DNA of 21,678 nucleotides from Deltaproteobacteria bacterium (GTDB lineage Bacteria; Myxococcota_A; Polyangia; JAAYKL01): NCBI GenBank assembly GCA_011389755.1, contig JAABTR010000095.1, positions 1 to 21,678 of the forward strand, read 5' to 3'. Shown piece by piece: positions 17,619 to 21,678 of this stretch (position 1 is its first letter; each line of letters starts with the position of its first letter). The notes under the pieces were generated by a model. It saw only the letters and a program-made list of their open reading frames with translations, ran no database searches and was not told where the DNA came from. The position numbers and the translations under genes were made by a program.

Positions 17619-19643
17619 CTACATCCCGGCAAGAACCAAGCCGGTTCTCGCCGGCAGGTAGAGGCGCAAGACGGTGCGACCTTCGTACGTGAATGTGGGG
17701 TACTCGTGGGTCGTGTCGACGCGGTCGTGGCCACCGTAGGCTGGATCATCGCTGGACAGCACGATCCGGTACGAGCCCCGCGGCGCGTCGACGGCGTAGT
17801 CGGTCCAGCTTTCGTGTGGGTGGAAGTTGAAGGCGAAGATGAGGTTTGCGCGCTTGAAGACAAGCACCTTGTCGTCGTTGTGCTCGTGGAGCAGCTGGGC
17901 GGCCGGATCTTCGAAAACGCGGTGCTCTTTGACCAGCTCGATCATCGCTTTGTCGAAGGCGCCGAGCTGGACATAGCGCAAGTCCGGGTTGTCGGTGAGG
18001 CTCCACTGCCTGCGGGCGTGCTGGTAGGACCAGTCGTTCCCCTGTCGCGGAAAGTCGATCCACTCGGGGTGCCCGAACTCGTTGCCCATGAAGCACATAT
18101 ATCCCCTTCCGGCGGTCGCCAAGGTGATGAGGCGGATCATCTTGTGAAGGGCCGCGCCTCTCTCCACGTGCAGGTGGTCATCTTGTGTGTGCATGTGCCA
18201 GTAAATTTGTGGACCGATGAGCCTAAAGATAAGAGTCTGGTCTCCTACCAGCGCCTGGTCGTGGCTCTCGGCGTAGCTGATCGTCCGTTCGTCGTGACGG
18301 CGGTTGTTCAGCTCGTACCACAGGTGGCTCATGGACCAGTCTTCGTCTTTTTGGTCCTTGGCGAGTTTAATCCAATGGTCGGGCACGCCCATGGCGTATC
18401 GGAAGTCGAACCCCATGCCTCCGCGCTCCACCGGGATCGCCAGGCCGGGCATACCGCTGACATCCTCGGCGATGGAGATGGCGCCCGGGTCGATGTCATG
18501 GACGAGCTCATTGGCCAGACTCAAATAGACCCAGGCGTCTTCATCGACATTGCCCGAGAAGTAGTCGTCATAAGAGGAGAAGGTTTTGCCCAGACCGTGG
18601 TCGAGGTAGAGCATCGAGGTGACGCCGTCGAAGCGGAAGCCGTCGAAACGAAACTCGTCCATCCAGTACCGGCAGTTGGACAGCAGAAAGTGCAGCACCT
18701 GGTGCTTGCCGTAATCGAAACACCGACTGTCCCAAGCGACGTGCTTGCCCCGGGGGCCGTCGTGGAAATACTGGTACAAAGTGCCGTCGAAGCGGCTGAG
18801 CCCTTCGATCTCGTTGCTCGCCGCGTGGGAGTGGACGATGTCCATGACCACGCGAATGCCCTCGCCGTGCGCGGCGTCGACGAGCTCTTTGAGGTCCTCG
18901 GGCGAGCCGAACCGCGACGACGGGGCGAAGAAGCTCGAGACCTGGTAGCCGAACGAGCCGTAATAGGCGTGCTCTTGGACGGCCATCAGTTGGATGGTGT
19001 TGTATCCTGCTTTTTTGATTCGCGGCAGAACGTTGTCGGTGAATTCCTTGTAGGTGCCCACCTTGGCTTGCTCTTGCGCCATGCCGACGTGTGTCTCGTA
19101 GATGAGCGGAGCTTGCATGCCGTGCAAGCCCAAGCGGCCGTTGCGCCAGCGGTAGGGCTCCTCGGGATGCCAGATCTGCGCGTCAAAGGGGATCGAACCC
19201 TCCTCTTGAATCACGCGCGTGGCGTAGGCCGGTATGCGTTCGCCCTGGCCTCCGGGCCAAAAGACGCGCAAGCGGAATTTCTGCCCGTGCCTCAGCTTCT
19301 CGGCCGGGAGGATGAGCTCCCAGACGCCGCTGTCGTGGAGCCTGTGAAAGCCGTATTCGGGTCCCTCGCCCCACCCATTGACGTCGCCGAAGAGAGCCAG
19401 ACGGGTCGCGTTCGGTGCCCACTCGCGTAGGATCCACTGCCCATCACGCAGGTGCACTCCGAAGTACTCGTGGCCGGATGCGAAGTCCACGAGTGAATCC
19501 GCGGCTTGTGTCAGCTCTCGCTTAATCTGCTCTCTGCGGCGCACCCGGCGTTGCATGACCCCGCGATGAGGCGCCAGGTACGGGTCGTTTTCGATGACTT
19601 TTTCGAGATTCTCGAGCATCTTGTCGACGTCGTAATCGCCCAT
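17619..19643 (-). CDS. glgB: 1,4-alpha-glucan (glycogen) branching enzyme, eukaryote-like GH13 subfamily 8 type
   Basis: 674 aa, alignable by eye along its full length with human GBE1: NDPYLAPH, YETHVGM, VLPRIKKAGYNTIQLMAVQEHAYYGSFGYQVSSFFAPSSRFG, VVMDIVHSHA, FRFDGFRFDGVTSMLY (nucleophile Asp), IAEDVSGMP (acid/base Glu), YAESHDQALVGD, FMGNEFGHPEWIDFPR and FAFNFHP. Confidence 0.92.
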   Translation of the reverse strand: MGDYDVDKMLENLEKVIENDPYLAPHRGVMQRRVRRREQIKRELTQAADSLVDFASGHEYFGVHLRDGQWILREWAPNATRLALFGDVNGWGEGPEYGFHRLHDSGVWELILPAEKLRHGQKFRLRVFWPGGQGERIPAYATRVIQEEGSIPFDAQIWHPEEPYRWRNGRLGLHGMQAPLIYETHVGMAQEQAKVGTYKEFTDNVLPRIKKAGYNTIQLMAVQEHAYYGSFGYQVSSFFAPSSRFGSPEDLKELVDAAHGEGIRVVMDIVHSHAASNEIEGLSRFDGTLYQYFHDGPRGKHVAWDSRCFDYGKHQVLHFLLSNCRYWMDEFRFDGFRFDGVTSMLYLDHGLGKTFSSYDDYFSGNVDEDAWVYLSLANELVHDIDPGAISIAEDVSGMPGLAIPVERGGMGFDFRYAMGVPDHWIKLAKDQKDEDWSMSHLWYELNNRRHDERTISYAESHDQALVGDQTLIFRLIGPQIYWHMHTQDDHLHVERGAALHKMIRLITLATAGRGYMCFMGNEFGHPEWIDFPRQGNDWSYQHARRQWSLTDNPDLRYVQLGAFDKAMIELVKEHRVFEDPAAQLLHEHNDDKVLVFKRANLIFAFNFHPHESWTDYAVDAPRGSYRIVLSSDDPAYGGHDRVDTTHEYPTFTYEGRTVLRLYLPARTGLVLAGM

Positions 19644-19751
19644 CTAGATTGACAGCTCCATTCTCAGGTTGATTTTCACCTGTGTCTATAACACCGGATA
19701 GTAACAAATCGACCCCTTAAATGGCGGTGAGTTTTTTGGGCTTCGCCCATT

Positions 19752-20504
19752 TCATCCCGAAGGCCTGGGCAGCCGGCCGTCGACGAGGAACTGGTCGCGG
19801 CGAAACCAGAGCTGATCGCTCCCCCGCCTAAAAACCACGGCGTCTTTTTTGATGGTGGAGGACCACGAGCGCTGCGCCGCGTCGCTGACGTTTCTCGACT
19901 CAAAGGCCTCGGGCGCGAAAACTCCGATGTTTTTTCCCCGGCGCGGATCTCGCGCCGACGGATAGACGAAGGCGGTCACTTTTGAAGCGCGCATTTGGGA
20001 ACCGAGGAGCTGTGTCGCGGTATAGTCGCAAGGGTGAGCGAGCAGGAGACGGAAATCGGCAAAGGCAGAAGCGGTGAGATCGACCCCCTGGTCTGTCGAT
20101 ATCGCGGCCGGAAAGACGACGAAACGAATGTGCAAAGGGGTCAGATCGGCCGCAGATCCCTCCAGGAAATAAAATCTGTAGAAAGCCGCCTCTGCCAGGG
20201 CGGTCTCGGTGGAGATCGCTCCGTACCAGATCCCGCGTTCAAACTGGCGACCGAATCGGGAGCCGTGCCTCAAGGGGGGATACCGAAAGGGGGTGAACAG
20301 CAGGTAGTGATACAGCTGCATCCCTTTGGGGATCGGGGGCTTGGCTTCTTCGAGAATATCTTCGAGGAGCTCTTGCTCTTGAGGCGTGTCCACCAGCTTG
20401 ATGGTCGAGCTGCGGTATTGGTCTTCGACGACGCGCCAGGCGGTGCAGTCGAGCGTCTTTAAGTTATCCTCGGCCCCGCATTCCGTCCAGATATTCTGCG
20501 ACAA
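19752..20504 (-). CDS. RES-domain toxin (RES-Xre type II toxin-antitoxin family, NAD+-targeting)
   Basis: 250 aa with R/E/S signature regions: LRHGSRFGRQFERGIWYGAISTETALAEAAFY, then VTAFVYPSARD. The only possible start is TTG 20504..20502 (an in-frame TGA lies 5 codons upstream), with SD GAGAGGAA 6 nt upstream. It overlaps the antitoxin gene by 41 nt. Confidence 0.85.
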   Translation of the reverse strand: MSQNIWTECGAEDNLKTLDCTAWRVVEDQYRSSTIKLVDTPQEQELLEDILEEAKPPIPKGMQLYHYLLFTPFRYPPLRHGSRFGRQFERGIWYGAISTETALAEAAFYRFYFLEGSAADLTPLHIRFVVFPAAISTDQGVDLTASAFADFRLLLAHPCDYTATQLLGSQMRASKVTAFVYPSARDPRRGKNIGVFAPEAFESRNVSDAAQRSWSSTIKKDAVVFRRGSDQLWFRRDQFLVDGRLPRPSG

Positions 20505-20859
20505 GGGTGATTCCTCTCACTTCTTTAACCAGCTCAATCGGTTTTCCGTCCAGATGCTCGTTATACGCCCGAAGCCACAGCCGCGATTTGTCATGGTGTC
20601 CGCCGAGCATCGCGTCCAAGCTGCGAAAGATGCGGACGAACAGGACGGCAAGCTCCCACGCTTTGGTTTTTTCGACAAGCGATTTGCCCCGGTCTTTTCT
20701 CATCCGGGAGATCGTGGATTCACTGGTTCCGATGATTTGTGAGAGTTCTTTTCCGGAGACCTCGAGCAGATCGCCGGCGCGAAAAAAAGCCTTGGTGAGG
20801 ACCGATGCGCGATCGAGCTGGTTGTGATCTCGCAGGGACAAAGGGGTCTCGCCGAACAT
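20464..20859 (-). CDS. Xre/MbcA/ParS-like antitoxin (HTH plus DUF2384-type toxin-binding domain) paired with the RES toxin
   Basis: 131 aa with an HTH-like segment SGKELSQIIGTSESTISRMRKD and a C-terminal DUF2384-like block KSRLWLRAYNEHLDGKPIELVKEVRGITLVAEYLDGM. It lies immediately upstream of, and overlaps, the RES gene. The SD AGGAGA is 7 nt upstream of ATG 20859. Confidence 0.8.
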   Translation of the reverse strand: MFGETPLSLRDHNQLDRASVLTKAFFRAGDLLEVSGKELSQIIGTSESTISRMRKDRGKSLVEKTKAWELAVLFVRIFRSLDAMLGGHHDKSRLWLRAYNEHLDGKPIELVKEVRGITLVAEYLDGMRGRG

Positions 20860-20882
20860 GTCTCAATCTCCTTTCCTAAGAA

Positions 20883-20910
20883 ATTATAATAAATTTATTT
20901 TCTGATGCAA
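20883..20910 (-). promoter_or_regulatory. Candidate sigma70-type promoter of the antitoxin-toxin operon (TTGCAT - 16 nt - TATAAT, read on the minus strand)
   Basis: On the minus strand, -35 TTGCAT is the complement of 20905-20910 and -10 TATAAT is the complement of 20883-20888, with a 16-nt spacer. The -10 element lies 23 nt upstream of the antitoxin ATG in an AT-rich divergent intergenic region. Pattern match only. Confidence 0.45.
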
Positions 20911-21015
20911 GAAATGTTGTGTCATCGCACTCGGAAATCTCTCTTTTATCTGGCATCCTCATTGCATCCTCTTTTGGAAATCGATGTGAGCGCGTCTGCA
21001 ACAAGGAGGGGCCCC

Positions 21016-21678
21016 ATGACTGTGAGTTATGACCAATTCATGCAGGAGCTCGAGCGGCTCGCGGCGCTCGAGAGCCACGAGGCCGCGGATCGCGCCGTGC
21101 GAGCGACACTGAGGACCCTGGGCGAGAGGTTGCTGGTCGACGAACGGCACATCGTGGCCGAGCAGCTGCCCCAGACCCTGGCCCGGGAGGTGCTCTTTCC
21201 AGAGCGCGCCGGAGTCTTCGGCGCTCACGAGTTTTTTGAGCGCGTGGCCAGGCGCGAAGGGGTCGATGTCGGGTTTGCCCTCGAGCACGCTCAGAGCGTT
21301 TGCGAGGTGCTCGCAGCGGTTTTGGACACCACCGTGCTCAAGCGTCTGCGCAGCGAGCTTGGTGACAGCTTCGCGGAGCTGTTTCCCAGATGGGACATGG
21401 AGACGCTGGTGTACCACGGGCCCCATTCCATGGACTATCCACAAAGGCAGGAGAAATCCTCTCGAACGAGACGAACGAGCCACGGTCGCACGCTGGCTAC
21501 GGGCCGTCCGGGGAGCACCCGGTCTCTGGCCGATTCGCGTCCCATGCAGACCGATTCCATCTTGGAAACCGACGACCCCCACAGCGACACCAAGCTCTCG
21601 AGCGCTCACAAGACGGCCAAGCACCCTCTGGACACGGACAAGCCGCGTGAAGAAAAGACCTCGAGGGAAAAGAAATAG
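21016..21678 (+). CDS. DUF2267-family protein with a long basic/low-complexity C-terminal tail
   Basis: The track ORF starts at 20905, but ATG 21016 is preceded by AAGGAGG (21003-21009). From there the product reads MTVSYDQFMQELERLAALESHEAADRAVRATLRTLGERL...AEQLP...EFFERVARREGVDVGFALEHAQSVCEVLAAVL, the two-repeat DUF2267 pattern. The stop TAG is at 21676-21678. Confidence 0.8.
   Translation: MTVSYDQFMQELERLAALESHEAADRAVRATLRTLGERLLVDERHIVAEQLPQTLAREVLFPERAGVFGAHEFFERVARREGVDVGFALEHAQSVCEVLAAVLDTTVLKRLRSELGDSFAELFPRWDMETLVYHGPHSMDYPQRQEKSSRTRRTSHGRTLATGRPGSTRSLADSRPMQTDSILETDDPHSDTKLSSAHKTAKHPLDTDKPREEKTSREKK

Noticed and set aside
17613-19430. 605-aa plus-strand ORF
   Set aside because: It is exactly antisense to the glgB gene, which has unmistakable full-length homology to branching enzymes. 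Its product is a Val/Gly/Ala/Asp/Arg-rich string with no recognisable motif. This is a typical high-GC shadow ORF.
19995-21624. Antisense ORFs 19995-20462 (+), 20386-20742 (+), 20507-20827 (+) and 20959-21624 (-)
   Set aside because: They lie opposite the RES, antitoxin and DUF2267 genes, whose own frames carry family motifs and SD-supported starts. There is no independent support for them.

Overview
High-GC bacterial chromosomal window. I found no rRNA, tRNA, CRISPR array, transposase or integrase. All family calls come from reading motifs in the translations; no database search was run. Ten protein-coding genes are supportable. On the minus strand at the left are a capA-like lipoprotein (partial, 1-1376), a UPF0104/LPG-synthase-TM flippase-like membrane protein (1646-2692) and an AbgT-family transporter (2760-4286). 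Divergent from these is one uninterrupted 11.25-kb plus-strand gene (4572-15821). It encodes a ~3,749-aa predicted lipoprotein with these parts in order: an I9-like propeptide, a subtilisin S8 protease, 18 FN3-like repeats (six carrying a nested F5/8-type-C discoidin-like domain), a Myxococcus-type cysteine-rich repeat and a C-terminal gingipain (C25)/clan-CD-like domain. Convergent with it on the minus strand are a eukaryote-type GH13_8 glycogen branching enzyme (17619-19643) and the mercury-methylation pair hgcA (16237-17415) and hgcB (15910-16224). Next come a RES toxin / Xre-MbcA-ParS antitoxin module (19752-20859) with a recognisable promoter, and a divergent DUF2267 protein (21016-21678). 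The observations most worth a second look are four. First, the giant protein with two predicted protease domains and its nested-domain grammar. Second, the complete hgcAB pair. Third, two opposed arrays of 13-14-bp tandem repeats sharing the core TTGAAAG (1492-1637). Fourth, the higher G+C of the giant gene relative to its flanks. Most other ORFs in the six-frame track are shadow frames typical of high-GC DNA.
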